NCBI RefSeq assembly: GCF_036321535.1
Contig: NC_087447.1
Coordinates: forward strand, 52,826,001 to 52,890,000
Origin: Camelus dromedarius
Taxonomy: Eukaryota
Direction of reading: 5' to 3'
Length of the DNA: 64,000 bases
Made by a program: the position numbers and the translations under genes. The notes beneath the pieces were generated by a model. It was given only the letters and a program-made list of their open reading frames with translations, was not told the origin of the DNA and did not search any database. This document shows, piece by piece, positions 23,701-36,800 of the stretch; the first letter of the stretch is position 1; each line of letters begins with the position of its first letter.

Positions 23701-25216
23701 TCTGGTGGGCTCAGGTTTCTGCTGGCTACTTCTAAACGGGGTGCAAACAGGGAGCTGAGAGCTCCCTCCAGGTTCAGCAGCTCCACGTGTGACCACACTA
23801 CAGCTTTTTTCTTAAGTAAATTAAGTTACTAAATGTGTAAGTACTGTCTGAATAGATGGTACCCATGAACTTAGAATGCCCAACACGATAATTTTAGGAG
23901 TAAACCTACACATAATGCATCGTTCTATTCTCAAACAAAAGGCTTCTAAAGCTACAAAAGGCATGGCATGACAAGTATTTTTAATGTTCTAAGAAATAGT
24001 AATTTTTCTCTTTCAAACAATGCTTTTTTCCCCTTTATTTGGATTGAAGATTTCTATGCACTGGTCTAAGGCATCTTAACTGCACAGTACTTGCCTATGT
24101 AATTTCCTATTCAGAAGCATATATACAAAGAAACCAGGGGTGTCATCTGCAGGATTTGGAAGAACTTGTGGAATATTCTAAACCAGAGGGTTTGACTCTT
24201 TTTCTCCTGCTTTGTCATTTTCAGTCCCTTACAAGTAACTAAATGTGTGGCTCTTCACCTGGTTCTCAAAGAGCCCTGATAGACAAACATCCTCTCATGT
24301 GGTCCTCATAGCATTCCTGGGATGAACGCCCTCTGGGCTTGTTATTATCCCTATTTTACAGATGAGAAAACCAAGGATCAGAGAGACCAGGTAACCTCTC
24401 TTACAGAGAGGGAGTGATTTGAATTCAGTTCTGTCTGACTCTTTAGCAGATTTTCCACTGCTCGTTGGAGGTGTGTGTGTACCCAGGGGGTTCTTCCCAC
24501 GGTTTGGAGGAAGGAGAATTGGACCAGGAGTCAAGGGACAGAGAGGTTGGCTCTGTATGACTGTGGGCCCCCAAGAGGGCATAGACCCCTGAGAACCCCG
24601 GCTCCTGCAAAGGGGCTGACCTGTGTGCCATCCATAATGTTTCCCCTTCTCCGACACCCCGTGGGTCCTGTACTTTCGAGACCCTACACTGCTAGGTAGT
24701 GATGCAAAAGGTCTTTCATTTTGATTTTTAAGTTGTATTTACTGACTTTCAATTATGTCATATCAATTCATAAATACTTAAGGAAGATAACACCATTTCT
24801 TAAAACACTCAGAGGAGGTGGGGGATTGAATTTTGTCTGAAATCTGACATCACCACTGAAATGTTCACATGTACATCTCATTCCCCAATATGACTTAACT
24901 CCTTAATGGCAAGGTTGATGGAACCAGCATGCTTGTCCTCCACCCCTGCAAGCATCCCACATTCTCTTTTTCTGCTTTGGGCACTGGTACACAGCCTGGT
25001 GTTTAGTAGCTACTCAATAAAGAACAGCACTTTCCTTTTGCTATTTGTACATTCTTATTGAATTCCTAATTTCTAATGGCCACAGGATCTTTAAACATTA
25101 AAGAAATATTAATAATGATGCCCTCCATAATAAAGTAACTCTTTATGATAACATATTGAATCACCAGTATACCATGTACAAGCTATGCTTAGTTATGAAT
25201 GCAGATCAATTAAAAA

Positions 25217-25490
25217 CAGGGCCACCTTCTTGGACGATCTGAAGACTTTCCAATGTAAAGTGCACCAAGTTCTGTGGATAAGGGGATGCCCGATTTTCCA
25301 GGACACTTCTGATTTTCTGCAATTTTACTTTTTTTCAATAGAAGCACATTATTAAATGTATGATGGGGATGTGATTCTACCTTTATACCTTTGTTAGCCT
25401 TTTCATGCATATAAATTCATCAGTTTGAAGAAAATAAATCCTTTCTCAGGCCATGTCTCCTGATTTTTAGCTTGGAGAGATTAGGTCCCT
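25217..25490. mobile_element. Possible ancient hAT (Blackjack/Tip100-like) DNA transposon relic
   Basis: cagggccacc...cccgattttccaggaca...cctgatttttagc...ggtccctg. Confidence 0.4.
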
Positions 25491-26389
25491 GTCGCTTGGT
25501 GGCCCACGAGAAGCCGGCTGGGTGGATGGGCACGGGCACAGTCCTCTGCTTTATAACATGGGACCCAAAAGACAAAAGCTACAAATCAACTTGTTTTCAT
25601 CACTCAAAGTGATGAGTACACAGCACGTGTGAAGTTTTGTACTGTTCACGATAACCAAGCAAGCGGACTCGTTATCCCCATTTCACAGGTGAGGAAAGTC
25701 ACCTGTAAAGCCACCATGCTAGGAGCCGACAGAGCAGCATCAGACTGCAGCCTGCTGAGCCCGAAACCCATGTTTCTTCCATCACCACCACCACCTGGCT
25801 GCCGCTCAGGGGCCCTGATTCCTCCTCGATGCAGAATGCACACGGTCCAGAGCTCCCAGCTAACAACCATTGCCTCAAAATGACAGGGGGAAATCGAGTT
25901 GGTCAGATGTGACCCAGAGCAAAGATCTAATTGAGAATCATTCCATTTCACAGCCGCCACCTGAGACCATAGTCACATATTCCTCCAGTGGCGGGGCCTT
26001 GACGGAGTGCAGAGACTTTCTAGACATAGATGTAATCTCTCTGCCTCACTCTTTACACAAACATGACGGAGGCTGTGCCGCCAGACGGCTTCCCACTACT
26101 AACACTTAAAGTCACGCTTGGCACACGACGGTAGGAACACCACTGCCTGCTTACTGGAAATTCCCGTTCTCTGGTTTTTCTGCAGATTCCCGCTTGCTCT
26201 TCTGCCCTGAGCCTGCATCTCCAGAACCACGGGGCTCGTCTCAAAAGCAAGTGCTCAATGTGTTCTAATGATGCAAGAGGTAGAAAGAGCCCTGTGAAGC
26301 CCTAGCTACCTGATCAAATTCATGTCCTTTGCCAGAGCTCACACTCTATTTTTATATTAAAAACAAACAAACTCAAAAATGCTGAAAGT

Positions 26390-27380
26390 ATCTGATCTCT
26401 GAAAGACACAGCACCTCTAAAGATAATAAAGGGAAGAAATCACAACGAAAGAAATCAGTAGGTTAACTCCATGAGACTTAAAGTTCTGCACGTCAGAAAA
26501 ATTCATTAAAAAATAAACGGCCAATAACACTGAGGAAATATTTTTAATTGAAGTGACAAAGGCCTAATATCCTTAATAGAGATGGCTCTTTTAGGAATTT
26601 ATGTGAAAAAAATCAGTAGGAAAATGGAGAAGGGACATGAACAGATCATTCACAGAAAAGACAAATGATTAATAAACATGAAAAAGAGTTTCATCTCATT
26701 TATAATCAAAGACATGTATAGTAAGCCAATATGAAAAGATTAGTTTTTGTGTATCAACATGTCAAAGGTGAAGAAAAATAATTCCCCACAGTTGTAAGCA
26801 TGTGGGAAAGGTTTTTCTTTCTTTCAGTTTGTTACATGCACACTCGCTTCTCATTACTAGCCTACCTGTGCATTTCTTTGACTATAGAAAGTTTTAAAAA
26901 TGTCAATGATCCTTGACCCATTAATTCCAAGTCCAGCAATCTACACCAAGGAAATAACGCCAAGGTTGGGAATAGGAATTATGTCTGTTTAACACAGCAT
27001 TACCTACATTAACCAAAACTGGGAGGAGGAAGAGCTAGACACTCAGGAAAGAGGGCTGGTTAAGTAATCATGGTACGTATACCACTTTACAGGCACAGAA
27101 AGTGTTATAAACAAGTGGCTGTAATGACATTAGAGAAGATTCTCGACAAGCATATCATACGTATGCACATACATGCACACAGACACAATATAATCTCACT
27201 GCTAAAAAGGTTCCCTATACACATACACACACACAGAGGAAGGATATTCTTAAGTGAGCAACAGTGATCATTTCTGGGTGGAGGAAATATGCTATTGTGG
27301 GTATCTTATTTTCTTCTTTACATTTAACAAATATTTTCTATATGGAACATGTATTAGTTTTATAATAAGAAAAAAAAAAA
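26390..27380 (+). mobile_element. Ancient L1ME-like ORF2/3' fragment
   Basis: gacaaaggcctaatatcctta...ggacatgaacagatcattcacagaa...ccttgacccattaattcca. Confidence 0.7.
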
Positions 27381-29279
27381 CTCCAAAAATGTTATTAACA
27401 AATGAGAAAAAAAAAATCTGTAGGCAGCCTGTGTCAGAGGCCTCACCAGGGAAGTCTAAACACAGACCCTGAGAAGTTCACCCACGGAGCCCATCAGAGA
27501 GTAGGTGCTGAGTCTGACTCTGGGGCAGTAGGGACAGGGGTAGGGAGCCTCCTACAGTTAAGCCTTAAGTCAGAGCCAAAGTCACGACAAGCCAGTCAGA
27601 GCATGCCTGTGTACTGTCACTGTGCTGTGAAAGTGGTAATGTGCAAAATACACCTTGATTTTTGCTTAAAGGTAGGGTACAATGCCAGTGAGACATTTGC
27701 TACCACAAAGGTGAAATGTTGTTAGTTACTATTCAACTTGATGGATAGAAACATGTTCTACTGAAAAACACCATTCCTTAATATAAAATTCTTTTTAAAA
27801 ATATTAAAATTTTTTACTCAAAAGTAACATACCTACATCATGGGGAATTAGCAGATACAGCAAAGTGGAGAGAAGAGAGAAAATGACAGTTCTACCATGC
27901 AAAGATGACCACAATTCAAATTTTGTGGTATTTATACCCTTAAGAATGGTATTTTTATTTTGTTTTTATTCTTTTTTTCCTCTTCATAATTGAAATCATA
28001 GTATATTTTACTGTAAAAACTTGTAAATTATAATCAGTTGCCCCTTTCTTTTTTACATCATCATAAATTAAGGAAACTGTAATTCACTGAGCGTTTGCAT
28101 GAGAGAGAGAAAGAGACAGAAATACTGCATCCACACCCTGGATGGAAGAAGAGGCCGCGACTAGGGGTTCACAGAGAACTAGGGGTTCACAGAACAAAAC
28201 TGACAAGCAAAGACCATAGCAAGTAAATTTGAAAACACATAATAGTGGTATTTTCATTCCCTAACTTTGATCGGTATAATTTAAAAAACTTTGGAACTCT
28301 TTTTTGCCTCCTTTTGGAAACAGGCTTCAGTTTCAATAGGAGCATGAACTCCTATCCTCAGGCCTGAAAGGGAGGCCAGAAGTCTAAATGGTAAGTTTGA
28401 GGTTCCAAAGGCATTATATTGTATCCATTTCTATGCCAATAAAAATAGGAATGGGCCAATCATGGTCTTGATTTTGAAGGAGGTTGTGGCTCTTGTCTGA
28501 ATCATCAAATACTTTGCAAGATGTGCTCTGGTCTGTAATTGCCACACATCACACTGTAGCCTGCAGAGTCATGTCAGCCAAGACATTTCACCCTTAAAGT
28601 TCCCTGCTTTCTGGCAAGGAGATTCTGTTTCTGAAATAGGCATTAGGGGATCATGTTTGCCACACTATTAAAGCCTTGAGAAATTTCTAATACTTGAATA
28701 AAATCCAGATAATATTTCCAGTTACCTCCACCCATCACTTTAGAAAACCACGAATGAAGGAGGAACTGAAAGAAGACTGGCCCTGAGAAGCCTTCTCGTG
28801 GAGAAAACAGGGCCCAAGTATCAGGGGAATTATGTTAAAAACAGATTTAGGGTTCTTTGGTCCTTTGATATTTTTTTTTATTAAATGATGGATTTTGAAT
28901 AGTAAATCCTAGCATAATAACTGGTACTATTTATTGAGTGCCTCAAGCGTGGTGTAAAAGCTCCTTCATAGATATTATGACATCTAATATTCCAGCAGCC
29001 CTTGGTTGCTGCCCCCATTTCACAGACAGTAAAACCAACGCCTATGGAAAAGATGGAATTTGGATGTAATTTTTTGGGAGCTTTTTTGTGTGTTTGGTGG
29101 TAGCTGTCTTAGCACAGTCCTTCCATTGTATCTATCATGAAGTTATAGAGGGATGATTTTGGTAATAATTAGTCAGAATTTCATATTTATTTTTACAACC
29201 ATCCCCGTAAGTGCTTTCAGCAGTAGGACACTTTGTTAAAATGTGTTGCTTTCTTTATCCATTTTTGTAATGCCGATAG

Positions 29280-29510
29280 CCCAGTATCCGAGTACCCCAT
29301 GTAACAGGCACTATGCCAATGTTTGTAAGCATTACTACAGTTCATCCTCACTGCACCTCCACTATGGGCGCAGAAGCTAACAAAACCATTTTTCAAGTGA
29401 AGAAACCGCAGCATAGGGAAGTTCAGTGACCTGCCTAGAACACACAGCTCGTACGTGACAGAACCAAAATTTGCACCCCTATCAGCCCAGGCCCCCTCTT
29501 CATTCACTGC
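29280..29510 (-). mobile_element. MIR SINE
   Basis: ccatttttcaagtgaagaaaccgcagcatagggaagttcagtgacctgcc. Confidence 0.75.
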
Positions 29511-32117
29511 CTTATTGTCCTTCGAATCAATAAGACTTTCTCATCATAGAATCATAAGATTTGGAGCAGGAGGATATCTTAAGGGGCTCCTTATAACAAA
29601 GAATACAGACAAAGGGACGGGAACCCAGAGAGATGAGGAACTCGCTCTGGGTCACACAGCAGAGGGGTGGGCGAACTGGCTGCCTGGTTCCCAATTCAGC
29701 CTCTTAAAAATAATTTTATTAGAATCTGGAAAAGGATTTAAAGTCACAAGTGGGAGTTCTGTTGCTGGCTCCTTTGGTAGCTTTTTGATCTCTGATCTTC
29801 TAAAAGTCTGTCCAGTTTGCCCGGCTTCTCACCCTTACTCATTCCTCAGTGTCAGAGACCCTCAGCAATAATGCACTGACAATGCTTGGCAAAGGGGCAG
29901 GTGCCCTGCCTGCTTCTATGCCCTCTTCATCCCCTTGTCCAAGACCGAGAGCTTTACAGACACACAGAGGCCACTTAGGAGCATCAAGCACCTGCTTCTA
30001 CTGACGGTTGACAACTCTTGAACCACTGAGACCAGGCGGCGCTCCCCTTCTCTCTCACATTTCAGACTGCTCTTGTCTCCTCTACTAAAACATGCTTACG
30101 GCCTCCCAAATGTCCGGGGGGTTACCCCATCTGTGACAGGGACACAGTGCTCAGAACCCATAGGCTGGAGCACACGAACAGGAAAACTAGAGATTGGACC
30201 AGACTTTAGAGTGCTCTGCATACTGCCGTCCTGAGCACCGCTGCTCACCACTGAAGTACAACTGCCACCCTTCACCCAGTCCACAGCATTTTTTGGCCCC
30301 TTGGGCATCTCTGCAGGTGAAGAAGACCAGCAATAAACAGCAGCTTGACCTTTCTGCTCAGCCCCCTTGCCTGTACTTACAGACATCTCTGCCTCCCTTA
30401 GAGCTCGCTAGAATTGGCTGGAGAACTGTCCTTGACTCAAATAACTGAAAAATATACTTAACACTGCATTGATTTCCCATATAACTTTATAAGCACAAAC
30501 ATTCTCTTTCATTTCCTGACAAACAACTATATTCCCCAAAGTGTCCAATAAAAATCAGTAATTTGCACATCACTATCTTCATCAGTGGATCTTGTTTGGA
30601 GTTTGTCCCCAAGGCCAAGGTCTCTCTCCAGCCACCTCTGCCTGCTTCCACCCCTCCCCGCAAACCAAAGTTGGGGGTGGGTGTGGGGGAATAGCCATAT
30701 AGATCTCTCTGACTCTGTTCAAAGCCCTTTACGGAAAAATATATAATTTTCAAGCAATCCCTCATGGATAAAGGAAACCAGGAGTGGAATTGAAAGGTGT
30801 CACTGGACACATTACAGCACTGCCCCCTTAACTCTTGGGATGCATACATGTGCGGGGCTCCTCCCCACCCTCTCAGCTCTGGCTGTGCGGCTATGAGCAG
30901 AGACATTGCCTCCAGGTGCGTGTGCAAACCTAAGATGACTTATTCAATAACTGACAAATGTCTGAGGCTAAATGGGCACTCTGACCTCCAGTGGCAGGTA
31001 TTACTCTAAGGTTGCAACATAAGACAAGTGATGACAAAAGAAGAATTGAGTGGGAGGTCACGTTCCTGGGAATCTTTAAGTTGGCCTCTTCCCCCAGCAC
31101 CGGGAACACGGGGCCATTCCTATCTTCCAGAACAGCCTTTCCTCCCAACCAACCTCACCTCTCTTTGAAACAGAAACCCAGGCTGAATGTGGCAGCAGAG
31201 AAACAAAGAGGAAGGTGTTGATTCTCACCCAGAAGTCTCCTCTCCACGAGGTCCTTTAGAAGCGCAATCCTCAGGGGATAGGGCACTGGGGGGTTGCCAA
31301 GGGGACCTGAAATACCGGTTTGCCACAGTCCTGAATGAATCGATTCCCAAGGCCAAAAGAGGAGAAGGTGTCAGTCACTCAAAACCTGAGGGAGCTCAGA
31401 TTCTGAAGTGGAAAAAAAAAAAAGAATCAAGGAAAGGCATTGCTCAGCGATGGGCAGGCAGAGGAGTTTAAGATGCTGGGCTCTTCAGCAGGAAACGCAG
31501 CAGCTCTTTCAAATCATGATGGAGCCGGGACCTCAGGGCTGCCTGTGTCAGGAAGTGCTCAGTGTTGAGGTGTGTTTCTTCCCTCCCTCTTTCACTGAGC
31601 CCTGGCACTGGGGAGTGTGGAATGGCTCAACCTGCTGTAATCGAACATGTGAGTTGCTGCTTGTTGCAAAGCTATTGCAGCAGCCTCGTCATTAAAGGAG
31701 ACCGTTCTTGGATGCTAAGAATTAATTTCCTGATCTGTGGTTGCCGGCTTATGCTTTGGGCTGGGGATGGAGTGGGGTGCTGGGAGTGAGGATGGGGAGT
31801 AGGGCAAAGGGAACCTGGGCAGAAGGGGACTGGCGGTGTTGCCGTGATGCTCCCTGGAGCACTTACCCACTGTTCCCACTGGCTGGGGGACCACCTTGGT
31901 GTCCTACTCCTAGGAGATGTAGCAGCTGCTACAGGGGGCTCCCAGCAAAGGCATATCCTATGCACAGTTGGACCCTAACCCTTAATCCCACCCTCAGACC
32001 CTTAGCCTCAGTTTGGAAGTTGCCTCCTGGAATCTCAAGTGGTCCACTGAGTCTTAGGTTTTCACATCACCAGCACACTTAAGGGGGTGGGGAGGTTCTG
32101 GGGGAGACAGGGAAGGC

Positions 32118-32560
32118 ATTCATTCACTCATTTGTTGGCTCATTCTCTCATTCATTCATTCCTGCACTCAGGCATTCAACAGTTCATTCAGGTGTTCATT
32201 CAGTCACTCCTCCTTGTTTTAATTCATTGATGTATTCACTTCACTCTTACATGTTCAATTGTCTCTTCAATATTCATTCATTCATGTATGCATTACTGAA
32301 TCATTAATTCACACATTCATAGACATACACCTATTAATCCATTCATTAATGGATTCATTAAAGCACTCCATCAATGCATGTGCATGCATTTTTTCATATG
32401 TATCACATTCAATTTTTCTTACATGTTTATTCCTACATCCATCCATTTGTTTATTCATTCATTTCCAGATTCCTTCATTCAGAGATATGCTGTCCATTAA
32501 TTCATGTTTATTTATTTATGAATTCATTTATTTAACTCTGTATCCATTGAACACACATCC
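32118..32560. repeat. Degenerate (TTCA)n tract, likely an expanded L2 tail, leading into a minus-strand L2 fragment
   Basis: Repeated cattcattc/ttcattca followed by taagtgcctaccaagttcttgacattgtg. Confidence 0.8.
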
Positions 32561-32779
32561 TAAGTGCCTACCAAGTTCTTGACATTGTGGGAGGATGTGA
32601 GAGAAAAAAGACAGAATCAGGTACCCCTCTTGGCTTCAAAAAGTCAAGGAGAGTAGACATGGCTGCAGGAAACCATAACACAAAGAAAAAAGTGATGGAT
32701 GCTAAAAGAGTGAAGCTGAGGAAGGTCAAGAAGAGATTGAGAAAGATGGAGGGAAATGTGAGGGGCCCCCGGGAAGCAG

Positions 32780-32990
32780 CTTGTAACATTGGAAAGAGCA
32801 CTGGACTTGGATTCAGTCTCACTGACTTGGCCTTGAATCTTGCTCTGCCATTTAGTGTAGCTTTGCCCAAGTTAATTAACTTCTCTGGATCTCAGTTTTC
32901 TTACCTGTAAAATGGGGAGGAGGCAGGACTACCTCACCAGGTGGTGAGGTAGTTGATATCAAGTGCTATATACATTTTTAAAAAATGTAC
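32780..32990 (+). mobile_element. MIR SINE
   Basis: ggaaagagcactggact...ctcagttttcttacctgtaaaatggg. Confidence 0.8.
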
Positions 32991-33606
32991 TTCATTTTCT
33001 TCCTCCTCTAAATTTTTTCCCCCAACTTTTGTCAGCAAGTTCCCCTTCTCTGGGAGGTGGGGAGCAGGGCAGATTAGAGAGGCAGAAGAGCAGTATTAGC
33101 TCCCACAGGGAGCTGGTCTGAGTGCTGAGAGCCAGAGTTAATCCTCAGAAGTTTCTAGACCTTCCCCAGGGCCCCTGAGAAAGGCTGAGTGAAACTCTCA
33201 AATACTCTTTCAGATGTAAAACCTGTCCAGTGAATTGGCCAAAGGAATCTATTAACACAGGATTTGCATAAACCCTCCTCATTGGGTGAAAGGGGAGGAT
33301 GGATTTTACTGAGAACCAGTGAGAGCTGGGCCTGGGTACCGGCCGGGGAGGGGTCTGATTGGTGGGGCGCTGGGTCTACACCTGTAGGTCTGTGGTCCAG
33401 GGGGATGGGGGGGGAGCACACATGTCTTGAGCAACCCGCTCTCCTGTCGGGACCTGTGTAGACACCCTCTATAACTTATCTGTCTTGTTTCTTAAAGTGG
33501 CTTCATAAGCCATGTGTTACTACAAATGAGAAAACGGTTTGCTCAGAGATTTGCTCAAGGTCATGCAATTAATAGGTGGTAGAAGCAGAATTTAAATGCA
33601 GGTCTA

Positions 33607-33713
33607 AAAAGAATATGTGAGTGTGTGTGTATATATATATCTGAATCACTATGCTGTACAATAGAAACTAATACAACATTGTAATTCAAAAAATAAAAAT
33701 TTTTGGAAAATAA
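33607..33713 (+). mobile_element. Very short L1 3' end inserted in a MIR
   Basis: ctgaatcactatgctgtaca...aacattgtaa; 14-bp TSD taaatg(c/t)aggtcta at 33593-33606 and 33714-33727. Confidence 0.85.
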
Positions 33714-34229
33714 TAAATGTAGGTCTATCTGATTACAAACTCTTGGGTTTTATCCGCTGTAACATGCTCTCCTATGAAGTTTTCTACCTTCTGTGGGCAT
33801 TTTTTAAGATCCATCTAATTGGGGTATGAACAGCTACTATCCAAAGATTTTTTTACTGTCTTTTCTAACTGATACTTGAAATGTGAACAGAAGTAGGCCA
33901 CATCTTCTGTGGCAATAAATGAGAATTTTTATGTTAGAGTCATGCACAGTATGTGTATATAGTATATTATATTTTCATTTTTCTTTTATAATATTTTTAG
34001 CAGTGAGGATGTAAAAGATATGATGCCAAACACAAAGGATTTCATGGTTTCCTTTCATGCTCCAAGGTAGGGGCCTGGGTCAGAGGGCTGTCTCTGCAGC
34101 ACTGGCTGCATAGCCCAGGGGGAAATGAAGAATGTGGCAGGTTCAGAGCTGCTATTCCAGACATGTGACCACAGGTATGGTAGGGGCACCAAGCAGTCAA
34201 AATCCTGGGCCACAACTGGGGAGGGCCAG

Positions 34230-34614
34230 TGTTATGGGCTGAACTGTGTCCCCCACAATTCATATGCTGCAGCCCTAACCCCCATGACCTTAGAATGGGA
34301 CTGTATTTGGAGACAGGGCCTTTAAAGAGGTGAATAAGCTCAAATGAGTCCTGACCCGATCTGGCTGGTGTCCTCATAGGAAGGGATCAGGACACACAGG
34401 GAGACACCAGGGGTGTGCCCAGAAGGATGCCCGTGTGAAGAGGCAGCAAGGGGGCGGCCACCTGCAAGCCAGGGAGGGGGGCCTCAGAAGGATTCAACCC
34501 TGCTGACACCTTGATCTCGGACGTCTAACCTCCAGAGCCAAGAGAAAATGATCTTCTGTTGTTCCAGCCTGTGGTATCTGTTATTTGTTACGGCAGCCCT
34601 AGCAAACTAGTGTA
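34230..34614 (+). mobile_element. MLT1B-like MaLR solo LTR
   Basis: tgttatgggctgaactgtgtcccc...ggcagccctagcaaacta; TSD gccag/tccag. Confidence 0.9.
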
Positions 34615-35429
34615 TCCAGGGAGTATCCGTGTTTGGGGGGATTAGGAACAGCTGCTATTTGTAAGGAGCAGGAAGTACTTCAGTATTTTCATAATCACTG
34701 CAACCATGCTGGGGCATCCCTCGGAATCTGCTGGAGCCAGAGTGACATCAATCAGGAAGAGCCCCTGATTATTGATCAGAAGAGATATTCCAAGTCGCCA
34801 GAGACCCAGCGTCGCTGGGAGAGAGGAGTGTGAGGTGAGAGCACTGGCTCCCCCGGAGGGCTCCTGGAAGGCTCAGATTTGTGAGTGAAGGAAGGATGAA
34901 CGCACCGCTTTCTGCAAAGGCGTCGGATTGAGCGCATGTCTAGTTTTAGTCCTTTGGGTACTGCACTACAACTACAGGAGCAGTTTAACCTGATGAAGCT
35001 GATGAGGACAAGGAAAATGGGGGAGAAGCTAACAGCAGCATGTGAGCTGCTGGAAAGCAGGTGGAAGAGAGGCCGGAGGAGGCCTGACGCTGAGTTGGCT
35101 GAGGGGGAAGCCTGTCAGTCAGCGCAATTCCAGGGATACCCGTGGATGCTCAGGGATGGGCAGCTCAGGGACTTCAAGACCCAGGGAAGGGGAGCGTGAG
35201 ATCCCCAGACCCCTCCCCTGCTTCACATTTCCCGGAGATTACCCTCTCCTGCATGTCTGTCCTGAGACATGCAGATTTACTTTCTGGAGAGAAAGCATGT
35301 TCAGCAGAACTTCTCTGAACTGAAGGACACCAGGCAGAGCCCCCACTGAACAGACAGCTGTGGAGGGAATACCCGCGCATGCCTGGTCAAGGCTGTCCCC
35401 ACCGCCAGCTCCTGGTGCTGGGCTGAGTA

Positions 35430-35845
35430 AGATTTCTGTTGCTGCTCTAGCTACCAAACAACAGAGATTTATTATTTTACAGTTCTGGGTGTCAGAAGGA
35501 CAAAATTGGCTTCAGACTAAACTGAGAGCAAGGTAGAGGTTGGGCTGTGTTCCTTCTGGAGGCCCCAGGGGAGATTCTGCTTCTCTGCCTTTTCCAGCTT
35601 CTAGAAGCTGCCCGCATTCTTTGGTTCATAGTCCTTTATCACTCCAACCTCTTCTTCCATAGTCATATCTCCTTTCTTGATTCTAAGCTTTCTGCCTCCT
35701 TCTTATAAGGACCATTATGCTAAGAGTGGCCCACTGGATAATCTGGATCAATCTCCCCATCTCAAGATCCCTAACTTAATGACATCGGACACCTTTCACT
35801 GGGTCCAGAATGAGAACCTGGACATCTTTGGGGGACCATTAGTGT
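35430..35845 (-). mobile_element. MLT1 (D/E-like) MaLR LTR
   Basis: ttacagttctgg...ttccttctggaggcc...ttccagcttctagaagctgcc...ggacatctttggggg. Confidence 0.85.
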
Positions 35846-35989
35846 GACAATCATCCAAGGCATGGGAAGGCTCCTTTCTGGAGCATCTCACTAGTTTCAA
35901 GAAGAAAAACTAGAAGGACTAATAACAGGGATTCCCCACACAGGGCTCAGCCAGCTCCCCTCACTGTGGTAGTCACGTTGGCAAACCCC

Positions 35990-36800
35990 ACCTGCACGTC
36001 CAGCCAGCCTCTATCTCCAGTTCTTAAATATTGCCAGACACCTGAGGAGAGCTTTGAGCATGAAAGATGGAGACCAAAACAAACACAGAAAAGGGACTTG
36101 GAGGAGATGGAGTCCATGGAGGGAGTAGAAAACATGAGGAAAAAATGATTCAGGGAAATTGAACTCAGTAAAAGAAAGATAAAATTGAGGCGATCTCCTG
36201 GGAAGTAGAACAAAAACAAAAACAAAAGAACTCAAGGAAATGGAAAGTATGAGAGAAGAGTTAAGTAAATCAGAAGACAGACTTAGGAGATCCCATATCT
36301 AAATAATAGAAATTCCAGAAAGAGAAAACACAGAAAATGGGTAAGGACATCATCAATAAAAGAATTCAGGAGGACTTCCCAGAACTGAAGGACATGAGTT
36401 TTGAGATATAAGGGCCCACTGAGTGCCTCGGGCAGTGGATGGAAGTATACTTGCTGGAGGCAAATCATGTGGCATTTCACAAATTTCCAGAGGTGAGTCA
36501 GAGCCGGGCAAGGGATGCGGGATGCGAAGGTCTCTGCTTGGCTCACTGGCGAGCTAGAAACTCGAAGTAAGTGGAGCATTGCCTTCCGAATTCTGAAGGA
36601 GTTGCTTCCAATACAGAATTCCAGGGTGGGATAAAAGACACTTTTAGATGTTCAAGGCTTCGAAACATTTCCCCCTTCCTTACCTTGTCTCAGGAAGCCA
36701 CTGGAGGAGGTCTTTCCCCAAACAAGGGAGTAACCAAGAAAAAGGAGAAGATGTGAAACTGGAAATAGGGGACCCAACAGGGAGAGGGTCCGATAGAGAG
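35990..36800 (+). mobile_element. HAL1/L1M ORF1-like fragment
   Basis: gaaattccagaaagagaaaac...cttcccagaactgaaggacatgagt...tggagcattgccttccgaattctgaagga. Confidence 0.7.

Noticed and set aside
32587..32910. Lys/Arg-rich 107-aa ORF resembling an NLS or ribosomal protein
   Set aside because: Overlaps L2 and MIR remnants; composition explained by purine-rich repeat sequence
32920..32970. let-7-like microRNA hairpin
   Set aside because: Only a 12-bp stem with a 2-nt loop inside a MIR; lacks pre-miRNA length and the rest of the let-7 sequence
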